In this document: in pieces, positions 27,365 through 36,690 of the stretch
How the letters are laid out: each line of letters starts with the position of its first letter
Position numbering within the stretch: position 1 is the first letter of the stretch
Origin: Candidatus Multivorans sp.
Lineage (GTDB): Bacteria > Acidobacteriota > Thermoanaerobaculia > Multivoradales > Multivoraceae
Assembly: GCA_965219675.1 (NCBI GenBank)
Contig: OZ244786.1
Span: 1,818,597 to 1,882,596, forward strand
Direction: 5' to 3'
DNA: 64,000 nucleotides
Program-made: the position numbers and the translations under genes
Notes under the pieces: generated by a model
Told to the model about the DNA's origin: nothing
Databases searched by the model: none
Seen by the model: only the letters and a program-made list of their open reading frames with translations

Positions 27365-28496
27365 GCCGATCCCCCCGCGTGGCAACACGCGGCAGCCGAC
27401 GTCCGAAGCCACACCAGACTTCGTAGGCCGCGATGCCGGACCGCGCGGCGAGTTCGGCGACACCGATCCGCTCGTCTTCCTGCTCACCGAGCAGCACGCA
27501 CTCGTCGCCTACCGCGACGTTCGGAACGCCGGTCACATCAACCGACAGCGAGTCCATGCTGACCTGGCCGGCAATCGGGCAGCGAACGCCTCCCACGAGA
27601 ACGTCGCCGGAACCGAATCCGGTACTGAAGCCGTCCCCGTACCCGACCGGCACGAGGGCAATCGTCGCCCCGCGCGATGCCTTCCAGGTGCGACGGTAGC
27701 CGACCCCTGTCCCGGCAGGCACTACCCGGAGGTCGACCAGCGGCGCCTGGACACTCATCACCGGGCGTAACCGGGGAGCGCTTGAGGAATCGGCCGCCGC
27801 CGCCAGATCGATCCCGTAGAGGGCACCGCCCACGCGCACCGCGCTCCAATGGGCCGATGCCCTTCCGAGCGTGCCGGACGAGTTCGCGAGATGAACGAGG
27901 ACCCTCCGCCGCTCCTCCGGATCGAGTTCCTCCACGGCCCCGGCGAAGCGTCGCTCCTGCCGGCCGGTGAAGCGGCTTTCCGGCAGCTCGGATTCCGCCA
28001 GGTGGGACATCAGACCGGCGAGTTCCAGTTCGGGCGCGGCGCGCAACTCGCGAAGCGTGGATGACCACTGGTCGAGCGGTACGCCGGAACGGCTCATGCC
28101 GGTGTCCAACTCGATCACCACACCAAGGGGAAGGTCGAGTTCGGCCGTCTCCCGCCGCCAGGCTGACCAGTCGGCGACCTGCTCCCGCCTCGTGAGTACC
28201 GGCGTCGCGGCCAAACGAACGGCGCTCTCGAGTTCCTCGATCGAGGCCGGTCCCCCGAGGAGCAGCAGCGAGCCCCGGATGCCGGCGCGCCGCAGTTCCT
28301 CGACCTCGCCCACGCGGGCCACCGCCAGCCCGTCGACGCCCAGCCGCTGCAACTCCAGAGCTACCGCCACGGCGCCGTGACCGTAGGCATCGGCCTTGAC
28401 GACGCCGAGCACTCCCGTGCGACCCACGGCCCGTCGCACCAGGCCCAGGTTGGCGGCCAGCGCGACGAGGTCGATCTCGACCCGCGCACGAACCAC
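27339..28496 (-). CDS. alr: alanine racemase
   Basis: PLP-Lys motif GVVKADAYGHG near the N-terminus, 385 aa. The 3' end overlaps the purC 3' end by 26 nt (convergent). Confidence 0.9.
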   Translation of the reverse strand: MVRARVEIDLVALAANLGLVRRAVGRTGVLGVVKADAYGHGAVAVALELQRLGVDGLAVARVGEVEELRRAGIRGSLLLLGGPASIEELESAVRLAATPVLTRREQVADWSAWRRETAELDLPLGVVIELDTGMSRSGVPLDQWSSTLRELRAAPELELAGLMSHLAESELPESRFTGRQERRFAGAVEELDPEERRRVLVHLANSSGTLGRASAHWSAVRVGGALYGIDLAAAADSSSAPRLRPVMSVQAPLVDLRVVPAGTGVGYRRTWKASRGATIALVPVGYGDGFSTGFGSGDVLVGGVRCPIAGQVSMDSLSVDVTGVPNVAVGDECVLLGEQEDERIGVAELAARSGIAAYEVWCGFGRRLPRVATRGDRPTEPGRAR

Positions 28497-28507
28497 GGCA
28501 CCTGAAG

Positions 28508-29869
28508 TCAGATCGGTCCCTCGGGCGGCGTGTGATGGCTGTCGTAGTTGCGGAAGGTGGTCGTGTCTCCGAGGAAGACGAGGCGCAGGGACCCGGTCTC
28601 ACCGTTCCGGTGCTTGGCGATGATCAGTTCGGCCAGCCCCTGCACGTCCGGGTCGTCCGGTTCGTAAAGTTCCTCGCGGTAGACGAAGACGACGATGTCG
28701 GCGTCCTGCTCGATGTTGCCCGACTCGCGCAGGTCCGCAAGTTGTGGTCGGTGATCCTTGGTTCGGCGCTCCGGCAACCGCGAAAGTTGCGAAAGGGCCA
28801 CGACCGGCACTTTGAGGTCCTTGGCCAGTTGCTTCAGGCCGCGCGTGATCGCCCCGATCTCCAGGTTCCGGTTCTCGTACCTGCCACCCGCGTTCATCAA
28901 CTGGAGATAGTCCACGACGAGGAGCGCAAGGCCGTGCTGCGCCTTGAGCCGGCGCGCCTTGGAAGCGACCTCGAGCAGCGAAGGGTTGGCCGAGTCGTCG
29001 ATGAAGAGACTCGAGTCCCGGCCGGATTCCACCGCCTCATGCAGGCGGCTCCAGTCGCGGGCGCCGAGCCGGCCGCCCCGCAGCCGGCTGAAGGGGATGT
29101 CGGTCGTCGAACACAGCACGCGCATGGCGATCTCCCGCTCGCTCATCTCGAGCGAAAAGAAGCCCGCCGCCTTCCCTTCCTGATGCGCGACGTGGGCGGC
29201 GATGTTCAGGGCCAGACTCGTCTTGCCCATGCCTGGTCGACCGGCAACGATGACCAGGTTGCCCGGCTGGAGACCGTGGGTGATCCGGTCGAACTCCACG
29301 AAGCCCGTGCGAAGGCCCGGAAAGCCGTTCGCCGACTGCTGCTCCAGTTCCTCGACCGTTTCGCGGTACACGTCGCCGAGCGGCACGAACGTTCGCGCCA
29401 CAGCCTCCTCGCTCAGTTCCATCACGGCCTGCTCGGCGCGACCCAGGGCGTCTCCGGCCTCAAGCCCGCCATCGAGTGCGGTCCTGTAGATCGTCGTGCA
29501 GGCATCGATCAGACGCCTGCGCAGCGCACGCTCCTTGATGATCTCGACATAGGAGTCGACGCGGCCGAGGTCCGGCAAGTCCACTTCCAGGGTGGCCAGG
29601 TACGCCACGCCTCCGGCGTCGTCGAACCGACCCTGCTGCTCCAGGCGCGCCTGCACCGTCCTGAGGTCGATCGGGCTGGCCGCTTCCTGGAGCGCGAGCA
29701 TCGCCTCGTACAGCAGCCGATGCCTCTCGAAGTAGTAGTCGTCCGGCTTCAGGCGGACCGCGGTAGCCGCAAGATGCCGATCGGCGTCGAGCAGAATCGC
29801 GGCCAGCACCGCGCGCTCCGACTCCTCGCTATGCGGCAGGCTGTGTGTTTCTTCGACCGGGGCGCGCAC
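28508..29869 (-). CDS. dnaB: replicative DNA helicase
   Basis: Walker A GRPGMGKTSLALNIA, H4 motif and VVDYLQLM. The N-terminal 190 aa of the ORF-track call are low-complexity, so the start is placed at the GTG at about 29869 (VRAPVEETHSL...). Confidence 0.9.
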   Translation of the reverse strand: MRAPVEETHSLPHSEESERAVLAAILLDADRHLAATAVRLKPDDYYFERHRLLYEAMLALQEAASPIDLRTVQARLEQQGRFDDAGGVAYLATLEVDLPDLGRVDSYVEIIKERALRRRLIDACTTIYRTALDGGLEAGDALGRAEQAVMELSEEAVARTFVPLGDVYRETVEELEQQSANGFPGLRTGFVEFDRITHGLQPGNLVIVAGRPGMGKTSLALNIAAHVAHQEGKAAGFFSLEMSEREIAMRVLCSTTDIPFSRLRGGRLGARDWSRLHEAVESGRDSSLFIDDSANPSLLEVASKARRLKAQHGLALLVVDYLQLMNAGGRYENRNLEIGAITRGLKQLAKDLKVPVVALSQLSRLPERRTKDHRPQLADLRESGNIEQDADIVVFVYREELYEPDDPDVQGLAELIIAKHRNGETGSLRLVFLGDTTTFRNYDSHHTPPEGPI

Positions 29870-29965
29870 GGTGTTCCAGACTAGGAGCTTGCGCCGCAGA
29901 ACGCAACGAAGCGCGGCGCCCGGAGGGCGCCTGCGGAAATCCGGCTGGCGTGCGAAGATGGGAGG

Positions 29966-31165
29966 GTGTCGCCGGCTGGGCCGAGAGCCGGTCGCACAGC
30001 CCCTGAATCCATGTTGGCCAGACTCACTCTGGATGCCTTGTGCGGTGGGCTGATGCCGAGGCTGGGCTGCGCGATCCTCGGTACCTGGCTTCTTGCCGCC
30101 GGTCCCGTCGCCGCACAGGAAGGGGGCCGTGATCCAGACCCCGGGCAGAATCCACAGACTGCGGAGGAAACCGGAACGGACGCCCCTGCCGAAGACACCG
30201 AGGCCACGCAGGAGGAGGTCGACCCGTGTGCCTCCGAGTACCTGGAAGGTCGCTCCTGGCTCGACTGGCTCAACCTGGGCCTCCACCGGACGGCCTGCGA
30301 GACGGCCCTGTGGTTCGACCACCTGTTCGGCGACTACCGCCTGGACGAGGAACTCGAGGCGACACACGGGCGGGCCCTCGTCGGGTTGATCTGGGACGAG
30401 CAGTACGGCTTCGAAGAGGACCTGCGCCTTCGCGCCCGCCTGCACTTTCCGAACATGGAGCGTCGCCTCAACGCTTTCATCGGCCGCGACGACCGCGAAG
30501 ACCTGCTAGAGGACGCGCAGCGCCGCGGCGCCACGTCCCTGCCGAGGATGTTCGATCCCGCCGACGATGAGTGGCTGGTGGGACTCGGCTACCGCCCCCT
30601 CTCGGGCGGCCGGAACGGGGACCTCGACTTCGATGTCGGCATGAACTTCGACTTTCCCATCGAGCCCTTCGCCCGCGCGCGCTACAAGCACCGGACCTTC
30701 CTGTCGGACACGGACCTCATACGCTTCCGTCACTCCCTGTTCTGGGAGCGGGAGGACGGTTGGGGCATGTCGACCCGCATCGACTACGAGCACGCCTTCA
30801 CGAACGGCTCGATGATGCGCTGGCGCGGCGCCGGCAAGCTCTCCGACATCACGGAGGGCGCCGACTGGTTCACCGAGTTGAGCTACTACCACCGCCTGGG
30901 CCGCCGTCGCGCACTCGCCCACCAGGTCGGCGCCAACGGCGAGACCGACGCCCCGATTCTGGTCGAGAACTACTTCGTCCGCGTGATCTACCGCCAGCAA
31001 ATCCTCCGCGAGTGGTTCTTTCTCGAGATCGGCCCCGGCATGGCCTGGCGGCGAGATGTACCCGGTGAACCGAGGGACTCCGTTCCGATCCTGCGTTTCG
31101 GCGTGGAGATGCTCTTCGGCGACTACCGCGGCCAGGGAACCGCCGCTGCCGTCCCGGGAAGATAG
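29966..31165 (+). CDS. hypothetical secreted protein (signal peptide; function unknown)
   Basis: Cleavable signal peptide LGCAILGTWLLAAGPVAAQE, an acidic low-complexity stretch, then a conserved-looking domain rich in aromatic residues (WLDWLNLGLHRTACETALWFDHLFGDY...). Divergent from dnaB. The start could be M16 (about 30011). Confidence 0.5.
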   Translation: MSPAGPRAGRTAPESMLARLTLDALCGGLMPRLGCAILGTWLLAAGPVAAQEGGRDPDPGQNPQTAEETGTDAPAEDTEATQEEVDPCASEYLEGRSWLDWLNLGLHRTACETALWFDHLFGDYRLDEELEATHGRALVGLIWDEQYGFEEDLRLRARLHFPNMERRLNAFIGRDDREDLLEDAQRRGATSLPRMFDPADDEWLVGLGYRPLSGGRNGDLDFDVGMNFDFPIEPFARARYKHRTFLSDTDLIRFRHSLFWEREDGWGMSTRIDYEHAFTNGSMMRWRGAGKLSDITEGADWFTELSYYHRLGRRRALAHQVGANGETDAPILVENYFVRVIYRQQILREWFFLEIGPGMAWRRDVPGEPRDSVPILRFGVEMLFGDYRGQGTAAAVPGR

Positions 31166-31206
31166 AGTCCCCGCTCCGGCAGAACTACCCGAGAGCGAGG
31201 AGACGG

Positions 31207-31989
31207 ATGAGCGGCAGCGCAGCCGGGAACGGCGAAGTAACAGTTGCAGTCGGTGACGACCTCGTCGCGGAGGTGGAGATCCACCGACCGCCGAACAACT
31301 TCTTCGACCAGGACCTGATCGCCGCGCTGGCCGCGGCGATCGAGGAACTCGACGCACGGGACGACTGCCGCGCCGTGGTTCTCTGCTCCGAGGGTAAGCA
31401 CTTCTGTGCGGGCGCCAATCTGAACGCTCCGCGCCCCGCGACGGGTGGACCGGAACGGCATCTCTACGACGAGGCGGTGCGTCTGTTCGAGACCCGGACT
31501 CCGGTCGTAGCCGCTGTTCAGGGCGCGGCGATCGGCGGCGGTCTCGGGCTCGCACTGATGCCCGACTTCCGCGTCGGCTGTCCCGAGGCCCGGTTCGCCG
31601 CGAACTTCGCTCGGCTGGGCTTCATCCAGGGCTTCGGGCTCACCGTGACCCTCCCCCGCCTCGTCGGCCGCCAGCGAGGGATGGAAATGCTCTACACCGG
31701 TCGCCGGGTGAAGGGCGAAGAGGCGGTCCGGATCGGTCTCTGCGACGAGCTCGTTCCTCGAGACGAGGTGCGGGCGCGGGCGCGGGCCCTCGCCCGAGAG
31801 ATCGCCGCTTCCGCGCCCCTCGCGGTGCGATCGATCCGCGAGACCCTTCGCGGTCGGCTCGCCGCCGAGATCCGCGCAGCGACGGACCACGAAAAAGTCG
31901 AGCAGGACCGCCTGCGCCAGACCGCGGACTTTGCCGAGGGAGTGCGGGCGATGACGGAGCGCCGCCCGCCACGGTTCACCGGCTCCTGA
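31207..31989 (+). CDS. enoyl-CoA hydratase/isomerase (crotonase) family protein
   Basis: VLCSEGKHFCAGANL oxyanion-hole motif and AAVQGAAIGGGLGLAL. Confidence 0.85.
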   Translation: MSGSAAGNGEVTVAVGDDLVAEVEIHRPPNNFFDQDLIAALAAAIEELDARDDCRAVVLCSEGKHFCAGANLNAPRPATGGPERHLYDEAVRLFETRTPVVAAVQGAAIGGGLGLALMPDFRVGCPEARFAANFARLGFIQGFGLTVTLPRLVGRQRGMEMLYTGRRVKGEEAVRIGLCDELVPRDEVRARARALAREIAASAPLAVRSIRETLRGRLAAEIRAATDHEKVEQDRLRQTADFAEGVRAMTERRPPRFTGS

Positions 31990-32057
31990 TCCACTCCGGC
32001 CGCCGGCCCCTCGCGGCCGGTCGCCGACAGGCGCGCGAAGCGCCCAGTGACCGTTCG

Positions 32058-33986
32058 TCAGGCTCCTGCTGCCGTGGCGACCACGAACGTGACCCAGGCG
32101 CCGAGCCAGCCCAGCCCCGTCATGTAGACGAACGTGAAGGCCGGCCAACGCCACTTCCCCGTTTCGCGGCGGACTACGGCCAGAGTCGACATGCACTGCA
32201 TGGCGAACGCGAAGTAGACGAGCAGGGCAAGCGCGGACGGACGGGACAGCACAGGTTGGCCGGAGCTCTCGCTGGCACCGGCCAGAACGCCGCCGAGCCC
32301 CTCGCCTTCCTCGTCTTCGTGGGCGTAGATCTGCGCCAGGGTGGCGACCATCACCTCGCGAGCCGCCTGAGAAGCGACCAGACCGACGTTGATCCGCCAG
32401 TCGAAGTCCATGGGCGCGAACACCGGCTCGATGAACCTGCCCACCGAGGCCGCGTAGCTGCCCTCCAGGATCGCCTGCTGGTTGGCCGCGGCGCTGAGTT
32501 CGGGGTCGGCGTCGCGCCGTGGCAGGTTGAGCAGGAACCAGAGCACGATACTGACGCAGAGAATGATCGTGCCTGCGCGACGCAGGAACATGCGCGCGCG
32601 GTCCCAGACCCCGAGCAGGATGTCGCTCGGCCGCGGCAGCCGGAAGGGCGGCAACTCGAGATAGAACGGCAGCGAGGCGCCGCGTCTGAGGCCGCGCTGG
32701 AAGACCGCGGCCGACACGAGGGCCGCCGCGGTTCCCAGGAGGTAGAGGCCTCCCAGGGTCAGACCCTGCCAGGTGAAGGGGCCGAACAACGGGTCGGCGG
32801 GAATGAACGCCGCGATCAGCAGCGTGTAAACCGGCAGCCGGGCCGAGCAGGTGGCGAACGGCGCGACCAGAATCGTCGTCAGCCGGTCCCTTTCCGAGGG
32901 AATCGTTCGGGTCGCCATGATGCCCGGAACGGCACACGCGTACGAGGAAAGCAGGGCGAGGAAACAGCGACCCTCGAGGCCGACCCAGCCCATCAGACGA
33001 TCCACCACGAAGGCGGCCCGGGCCATGTAGCCACATCCCTCCAGAAAGAGGATCACGGTAAACAGGAGCACGATCTGGGGCAGGAAGACGATGACCGCCC
33101 CGACGCCTCGAATCACGCCGTCGGCGAGCAGTCGCGTCGGCAGCGCGTCCGGCAGAACGGCAAGCAACCAATCGGCCAGGCCATCCATCAGCCCCGACAA
33201 CAGGTCCATCGCCGGAGTGGCCCAGGTGAAGATCGCCTGGAAGAAGAGACCGACGAACGTGAGAAAGACCGCCGGTCCGAGCACCGGATGGAGCAGAAAC
33301 CGGTCGAGCCGCCTGGTCCAGTGGTCCCTTCGCGGAACCTTGCGCCGGCATCGCTCGAGGACCCCGTACGTCCAATCGAACCTCTGCTCCGGCGTCTCGG
33401 CTTCGGCGGGACCCCGCAGCGCCGCTGACGGCGACCAGTCTTCGGAGGTAGCCAGCAGGGCGCCGAGATCATCGATGCCGAGGCCGCGGTTGCCGACCAC
33501 GCCGAGGACCGGTACGCCGAGTTCGCTTTCCAGGGCGTTCACGTCGATCTCGCCATGCCGCGCCTTCAACTCGTCGATCATGGTCAGAACGATGCAGAGC
33601 GGCACCCCCAGGGCCGCGGCCTCCGCCACGAGCGGCAGCGCCCGTTCGATCGTCGTGGCGTCCAGGACGACGACCACACCATCCGGCGGCGGCTCTTCGA
33701 ACTCACCGCGCAGGACGCGTACTGCTACAGCCTCGTCCTCCGACTGGGGCTCCAGGCTGTACACGCCGGGAAGGTCGATCAGGCGGACCGGCGCCTCCGA
33801 GAACCGGGTGCGGAGGTCGCCTTCGCGGCGGTCGACCGTAACCCCCGGGTAGTTCCCCGCCTTTGCCCGGTGCCCGGTGAGCGCGTTGAACAGGGTCGTC
33901 TTGCCGGAGTTGGGTGCGCCAAGGATCGCGATACGCGCTGGCCGCCCGGATGGAGCTGCCCTCCCCAGCCGGACAAGCTCCGTCAT
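32058..33986 (-). CDS. feoB: ferrous iron transport protein B
   Basis: N-terminal GTPase IAILGAPNSGKTTLFNALTG, DLPGVYSL, and a polytopic C-terminal membrane domain; 642 aa. Confidence 0.92.
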   Translation of the reverse strand: MTELVRLGRAAPSGRPARIAILGAPNSGKTTLFNALTGHRAKAGNYPGVTVDRREGDLRTRFSEAPVRLIDLPGVYSLEPQSEDEAVAVRVLRGEFEEPPPDGVVVVLDATTIERALPLVAEAAALGVPLCIVLTMIDELKARHGEIDVNALESELGVPVLGVVGNRGLGIDDLGALLATSEDWSPSAALRGPAEAETPEQRFDWTYGVLERCRRKVPRRDHWTRRLDRFLLHPVLGPAVFLTFVGLFFQAIFTWATPAMDLLSGLMDGLADWLLAVLPDALPTRLLADGVIRGVGAVIVFLPQIVLLFTVILFLEGCGYMARAAFVVDRLMGWVGLEGRCFLALLSSYACAVPGIMATRTIPSERDRLTTILVAPFATCSARLPVYTLLIAAFIPADPLFGPFTWQGLTLGGLYLLGTAAALVSAAVFQRGLRRGASLPFYLELPPFRLPRPSDILLGVWDRARMFLRRAGTIILCVSIVLWFLLNLPRRDADPELSAAANQQAILEGSYAASVGRFIEPVFAPMDFDWRINVGLVASQAAREVMVATLAQIYAHEDEEGEGLGGVLAGASESSGQPVLSRPSALALLVYFAFAMQCMSTLAVVRRETGKWRWPAFTFVYMTGLGWLGAWVTFVVATAAGA

Positions 33987-34228
33987 GAGACGCCCGACCG
34001 AACGCGGATCCGGCTCGCCTCGCCGCGTCGCAGGCTGAGGGTGGCGCCGTGAAGTTCGTACATCGCCGGATCGCCGAGCGGCGCGCGGCGCACGAAACGC
34101 ACCTCCGCTCCCCGGCAGAAGCCGATCTCCCGGAGACGCCAGCTGACCGGGCCGTCCCCGGTCACATCCGCGATCTCGACCAGCCGGTCGTCGCCTGAAT
34201 CCGCCAACTCGGCCAGTGTCCGATCCAT
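33983..34228 (-). CDS. feoA: ferrous iron transport protein A
   Basis: About 81 aa, MDRTLAELADSGDDRLVEIADVTGDGPVSWRLREIGFCRGAEVRFVRRAPLGDPAMYELHGATLSLRRGEA (FeoA SH3-like). Its stop overlaps the feoB start (ATGA). Confidence 0.8.
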   Translation of the reverse strand: MDRTLAELADSGDDRLVEIADVTGDGPVSWRLREIGFCRGAEVRFVRRAPLGDPAMYELHGATLSLRRGEASRIRVRSGVS

Positions 34229-34281
34229 TTCGGACCGGTACAGTACCAGTTTCCTGCCGTCCGCGCAGTGGCGTGCCGAAG

Positions 34282-34377
34282 GTGTGCCGGAGGTGGGAGT
34301 CGAACCCACACGCCCCAAGAAGGGCGCGGGGTCACTGCAAGTCCCCGCAGGGGACGTCTACTTGCCGTAGCGAGGCG
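34282..34377 (-). pseudogene. degenerate tRNA-Leu-like tandem copy (second locus)
   Basis: In RNA sense it reads ...GGCAAGTAGAC-GTCCCCTGCGGGGACT-TGCAGTGACCCCG-CGCCCTTCTTGGGGCG-TGTGGGTTCGACTCCCAC-CTCCGGC-ACACC. The 34-nt direct repeat at 34284-34317 matches the 3' end of the adjacent tRNA-Leu(TAA) at 34377-34410. It carries the same 16-mer hairpin as the 22820 locus, and the 5' acceptor strand is absent. Confidence 0.6.
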
Positions 34378-34462
34378 TGCCGGAGGTGGGAGTCGAACCC
34401 ACACGCCCCAGGGAGGGCGGGGGATTTTAAGTCCCCTGCGTCTGCCGTTCCGCCACTCCGGC
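34378..34462 (-). tRNA. tRNA-Leu (anticodon TAA)
   Basis: Reverse complement: GCCGGAGTGGCGGAACGGCAGACGC-AGGGGA-CTTAAAA-TCCCC-CGCCCTCCCTGGGGCG-TGTGGGTTCGACTCCCAC-CTCCGGC-A. CCA is not encoded. Confidence 0.88.
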
Positions 34463-34491
34463 GTCCATCGCTTCTTCGAAGGCAGGAAGTC

Positions 34492-34566
34492 TGGAGGCGA
34501 CGGCCGGATTCGAACCGGCGAATAAGGGTTTTGCAGACCCTCGCCTTACCACTTGGCCACGTCGCC
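34492..34566 (-). tRNA. tRNA-Cys (anticodon GCA)
   Basis: Reverse complement GGCGACGTGGCCAAGTGGTAAGGCGAGGGTCTGCAAAACCCTTATTCGCCGGTTCGAATCCGGCCGTCGCCTCCA; discriminator U, 75 nt. Confidence 0.9.
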
Positions 34567-34607
34567 CTGAGGGACTTCAGTGCCGGTTTCTGGCGGCACG
34601 GCTCGCA

Positions 34608-34682
34608 TGGAGCGGGAAACGGGATTCGAACCCGCGACCCCAACCTTGGCAAGGTTGTGCTCTACCACTGAGCTATTCCCGC
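34608..34682 (-). tRNA. tRNA-Gly (anticodon GCC)
   Basis: Reverse complement GCGGGAATAGCTCAGTGGTAGAGCACAACCTTGCCAAGGTTGGGGTCGCGGGTTCGAATCCCGTTTCCCGCTCCA; 75 nt. Confidence 0.9.
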
Positions 34683-34782
34683 GCCGGAGCGAACCCGCCG
34701 GACAACCGGCAGGCCCTGAGTCGCGGAGGATACGGCTCACTCTCCGGCACTGTCAACTCACCGGCGCTGCCAGCCAGTGGCA

Positions 34783-35202
34783 CTAGAGCCAGCTTCGTCT
34801 ACCCGTGTCGTCCACGGTGAAGGCGTCGGGATAGTGAGTGAATCGCCACTCCCCCTGCTCGGGCTGCCAGGTCGCCGCCACGACATCGAAACGGCAGGGA
34901 CCGAGCCGCAACGGGGTCCGGTCGGGGTCGCTGAGGTAGGCCTCCGCGGCCCGCACCAGGCGGCTTCGTTTGCGACGGTCCACCGCCGCGGCAGCGCCGC
35001 CGAAACGCGGGTCGAAGCGGGCCTTGACTTCGACAAAACAGAGTGTGTCCCCATCCAGCGTCACCAGATCCAGCTCCCCGGCCAGTGTCTCGACGTTCCG
35101 CTCCACGATCCGGTGCCCTTTCGTCCGGAGCAGGTCCGCGGCCGCCTGCTCGGCCTCGGCACCGCTCAGTCGCGGTTCACCTTCCACCTGGCGAGAGCTC
35201 AC
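34783..35202 (-). CDS. yraN: YraN-family (UPF0102) predicted endonuclease
   Basis: AEAEQAAADLLRTKGHRIVERNVETLAGELDLVTLDGDTLCFVEVKAR (PD-(D/E)xK core). The start is ambiguous: GTG at about 35202 or 35187. Confidence 0.7.
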   Translation of the reverse strand: MSSRQVEGEPRLSGAEAEQAAADLLRTKGHRIVERNVETLAGELDLVTLDGDTLCFVEVKARFDPRFGGAAAAVDRRKRSRLVRAAEAYLSDPDRTPLRLGPCRFDVVAATWQPEQGEWRFTHYPDAFTVDDTGRRSWL

Positions 35203-35212
35203 GCCGTCCCGG

Positions 35213-36646
35213 TCAGGACCGCTTCCAGCGACTGCCGCCAGGCGTGTCCTCCACCACGACGCCCACGGCCGCCAGTTCGTCGCGGATGCGGTCCGCGGCG
35301 CCGAAGTCCCGGGCCGCCCTCGCCTCGCTCCTGGCCTCCACCAGCCTCCCGATCTCGGCATCGCTCAGGCCGCCGGCCTCGTCTCCCGACTCCTCGCCGG
35401 CATCCGCTACCCAGGCCCCGCTGTCCAGCACCGCCAGCACCTGATCGGCTCGTTCCAGGGCGCCCTCCACACGGTCCCTGGCGCCGGGGGGCAGGCCGCG
35501 GTCGATCACGCCGTTCACGTCGTGCACGAAGCGGAACACGGCACCGAGGGCGGCGGACGTGTTCAGATCGTCGGCCAGAGCGGCGGCGAACGCCGCCTCG
35601 AACGCCGTCACGGCCGGCTCGAGCGGCGCGGCGTCCACGGGCTGTTCCGCTTCATGAGCGAGCCGAAAACGCATGTCGTCGATCCGCTTGAGAGCCCTTT
35701 CCGCCTCCGCCACCTTGGCGAACGTGAAGTCGAGTTGTTGCCGGTAGTGGACCGAGATCAGCAGGTAGCGAATCGAACGTGCGGCCAGCCCCCTCGCCCG
35801 AAGATCGTCCAGCGTGTGGCAGTTGCCAAGCGACTTGGACATCTTCTCGCCGTCGACGGTGAGGTGTTCCGAGTGAAGCCAGTGCCGGGCCAGCGGGCAG
35901 CCGTTCGCCGACTCGCTCTGGGCGATCTCGTTCTCGTGATGGGGAAACAGGTTGTCGACGCCTCCGCAGTGGATGTCGAAGGTCGTGCCCAGGTACTTCT
36001 GGCTCATCGCCGAGCACTCGATGTGCCACCCCGGACGACCGGGACCCCAGGGTGACGGCCACTGCGGCTCGTCCTCCTTGGCGCCCTTCCAGAGGACGAA
36101 GTCGCGCGCGTCTTCCTTGCCGTACTCGTCACTTTGAACGCGCGCTCCCCGGCGTACCTGCTCGAGGTCGATACCCGACAGCTTTCCGTAGTCGGCGTCG
36201 GCGGCAATGCGGAAGAACACCGAGTCGTCCGCCCGGTACGCATAGCCCTCCTCCAGCAACTGCTCGACCATGGCGATCATCTCATCGACGTGGTCCGTGG
36301 CCCTGGGATAGTGCTCGACGCGCTCGATCCGGAGAGTGGAAAGATCCTCGAAGAACGAGGCGACGTGGGGCGCGGTGAAGTCACCGATGTCGACTTCCGC
36401 CTCGAGCGCCGCGGCAATGATCTTGTCCTCCACGTCGGTGAGGTTCATCGCCTGCGTGACCCGATACCCGAAGAACCTGAGTGCCCTCCTGAGCACGTCC
36501 TCGAACACGAACGTGCGCAGGTTGCCGATGTGGACACGGTCGTAGACGGTGGGCCCGCAGGTGTAGAGCCGAACATGGCCGGGTTCGAGCGGCTGGAGTT
36601 CCTCCAGCCGTCGCCCGAGAGAGTTGTAGAGCTTCACCGGTACCAT
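35213..36646 (-). CDS. cysS: cysteinyl-tRNA synthetase
   Basis: [14 protein letters not shown]...[19 protein letters not shown] (HIGH), KMSKSLGN (KMSKS), zinc ligand WHIECS. Start taken at the ATG at 36646. Confidence 0.93.
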   Translation of the reverse strand: MVPVKLYNSLGRRLEELQPLEPGHVRLYTCGPTVYDRVHIGNLRTFVFEDVLRRALRFFGYRVTQAMNLTDVEDKIIAAALEAEVDIGDFTAPHVASFFEDLSTLRIERVEHYPRATDHVDEMIAMVEQLLEEGYAYRADDSVFFRIAADADYGKLSGIDLEQVRRGARVQSDEYGKEDARDFVLWKGAKEDEPQWPSPWGPGRPGWHIECSAMSQKYLGTTFDIHCGGVDNLFPHHENEIAQSESANGCPLARHWLHSEHLTVDGEKMSKSLGNCHTLDDLRARGLAARSIRYLLISVHYRQQLDFTFAKVAEAERALKRIDDMRFRLAHEAEQPVDAAPLEPAVTAFEAAFAAALADDLNTSAALGAVFRFVHDVNGVIDRGLPPGARDRVEGALERADQVLAVLDSGAWVADAGEESGDEAGGLSDAEIGRLVEARSEARAARDFGAADRIRDELAAVGVVVEDTPGGSRWKRS

Positions 36647-36690
36647 CGAGCGACTCCCACGCCACTTCGCGGCGCCGACAGTAGCAAGCC

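Noticed and set aside
28508-30445. A full-length 645-aa DnaB as given by the ORF track.
   Set aside because: The first 190 or so codons are low-complexity with no DnaB N-terminal-domain motifs and would overlap the divergent upstream region. A GTG at about 29869 gives a 453-aa DnaB of canonical length.
22892-34282. An 11.4-kb genomic island bounded by the two tRNA-Leu 3'-end direct repeats (attL/attR-like).
   Set aside because: The two repeats are in opposite orientation and each sits within 100 nt of its own parent tRNA. The intervening genes are core housekeeping (dnaB, alr, purC, feoAB, sulP, tolC, crotonase). There is no integrase, no phage gene and no visible compositional shift.
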